Shown here: positions 12,805-13,672 of the stretch, in pieces | Position numbering within the stretch: the first letter of the stretch is position 1 | Layout: every line of letters begins with the position of its first letter | Assembly (NCBI GenBank): GCA_964453345.1 | Contig: CAYVOC010000036.1 | Coordinates: 1-13,672 of the forward strand | DNA: 13,672 nucleotides | Direction of reading: 5' to 3' | Source of the DNA: an uncultured Aquificales bacterium | Lineage (GTDB): Bacteria > Thermosulfidibacterota > Thermosulfidibacteria > Thermosulfidibacterales > Thermosulfidibacteraceae | Notes under the pieces: model-generated | Databases searched by the model: none | What the model saw: the letters and a program-made list of their open reading frames with translations, nothing else | Told to the model about the DNA's origin: nothing | Translations under genes and position numbers: made by a program

Positions 12805-13672
12805 GAAAGGGGTTATTCTTTTTGCTATCCCTCTGTTTTCTGGCCTTTGTAGGCTGCCAGAATGCTGAGCAGGTCAAGAAATCCGTGGACGCTGAGCGCC
12901 TTCCCAAGTTTGCAGAGGGTGCTCAGTATGTAGGCTCCGAGGCCTGCGCGGACTGTCACGATGAGCTTGCTGAGAAGTTCAAGGACAACATTCACGCAAA
13001 AATAGCCGACTTTGAGGTAAAACCCTCCATGGTGGCAAAGGGCTGTGAAGCCTGCCACGGTCCTGGAAGCAAACACATCGACGAGGAGGATCCTTCACTG
13101 ATCGTCAATCCCGCAAAGGTAAAGCCCCAGGAAGCCAACGCCATCTGCCTTCAGTGCCACACAGAAGGGGATCTTATGGACTGGCACGGCTCCGAACACG
13201 ACCTCAACAATGTGGCCTGCATAAGCTGCCACACCATCCACGGCGAACAGAACAAGTTTGCAGCAAGGGACAAGCTTGGCTACAGGCACAAGTATCAGGA
13301 AGGCAAGCTCCTGAAAAAGCCCGAGCCCGAGCTCTGCTTCACCTGCCACAAGGATATCCTTGCCCAGACGAGACTCCCCAACCACCACCCTGTTAAGGAA
13401 GGAAAACTCGTATGCTCTGACTGCCACAATCCCCATGGCTCTGAAGTCAGCCCGCTTCTCAGGACAGATGAGACCAAGAACGAACTCTGCCTGCAGTGCC
13501 ACCAGGACAAGAGCGGTCCCTACACCTTCGAACACGCCCCTGTGGTTGAGGACTGCACCATCTGCCACAGGCCCCACGGTTCTGTTGCAGACAATCTGCT
13601 GAAGCAGAACGAACCCTATCTCTGTATCCAGTGCCACGGTCTCCACTTCCACAGCGCGATAGCACCTGATAC
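12801..13672 (+). CDS. MtrA/DmsE-family (decaheme-type) cytochrome c with predicted lipoprotein signal peptide; 3'-truncated and absent from the ORF track
   Basis: Manual translation from ATG 12801 (RBS AAGGAGGT at 12787-12794): MRKGLFFLLSLCFLAFVG-CQNAEQ...YVGSEA-CADCH...CEACHGPGSKH...CLQCH...WHGSEH...CISCHTIH...CFTCH...NHHPVKEGKLV-CSDCHNPHGS...CLQCHQDKSGPYTFEHAPVVED-CTICHRPHGS...NLLK...L-CIQCH-GLHFHS. Nine CxxCH motifs and no stop before the window end. The motifs CExCHGPGSxH, HP..EGK..CSDCHNPHGS and GP..FEHAPV.EDC..CH.PHGS are MtrA/DmsE signatures. Confidence 0.93.
   Translation, partial: MRKGLFFLLSLCFLAFVGCQNAEQVKKSVDAERLPKFAEGAQYVGSEACADCHDELAEKFKDNIHAKIADFEVKPSMVAKGCEACHGPGSKHIDEEDPSLIVNPAKVKPQEANAICLQCHTEGDLMDWHGSEHDLNNVACISCHTIHGEQNKFAARDKLGYRHKYQEGKLLKKPEPELCFTCHKDILAQTRLPNHHPVKEGKLVCSDCHNPHGSEVSPLLRTDETKNELCLQCHQDKSGPYTFEHAPVVEDCTICHRPHGSVADNLLKQNEPYLCIQCHGLHFHSAIAPD

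Noticed and set aside
13095-13652. 185-aa minus-strand ORF and other short ORFs in 12725-13665
   Set aside because: These are antisense or alternate-frame shadows of the multiheme cytochrome, which is the clearly supported gene here.

Overview
Bacterial chromosomal window with no tRNA/rRNA, CRISPR array or mobile element recognised. Frequent AGA/AGG and ATA codons and Glu/Lys/Arg-rich proteins suggest a thermophile, and the lipoprotein and multiheme cytochrome suggest a diderm (both are inferences). Left: a 5'-truncated DUF4140/DUF4139 (MuiA-like) gene. It converges on a minus-strand housekeeping operon of mostly overlapping genes: merR-HTH, lolD-like ATPase, serS, holB, PSP1/RicT, metG, tatD, iclR. 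Right, transcribed divergently: a methyl-accepting chemotaxis protein overlapping a soluble GAF-GAF hybrid histidine kinase with a degenerate receiver domain. After these comes a gene absent from the ORF track because it runs off the window: an MtrA/DmsE-type multiheme cytochrome c (9 CxxCH motifs visible) with an apparent lipoprotein signal peptide. Its upstream region holds a TTGACA promoter, a Rex/CRP-like box, an orphan 12-nt perfect Shine-Dalgarno and a 25-codon uORF coupled to the cytochrome start. The best candidates for follow-up are this sensing plus electron-transfer module and a probable ATA start codon for PSP1.
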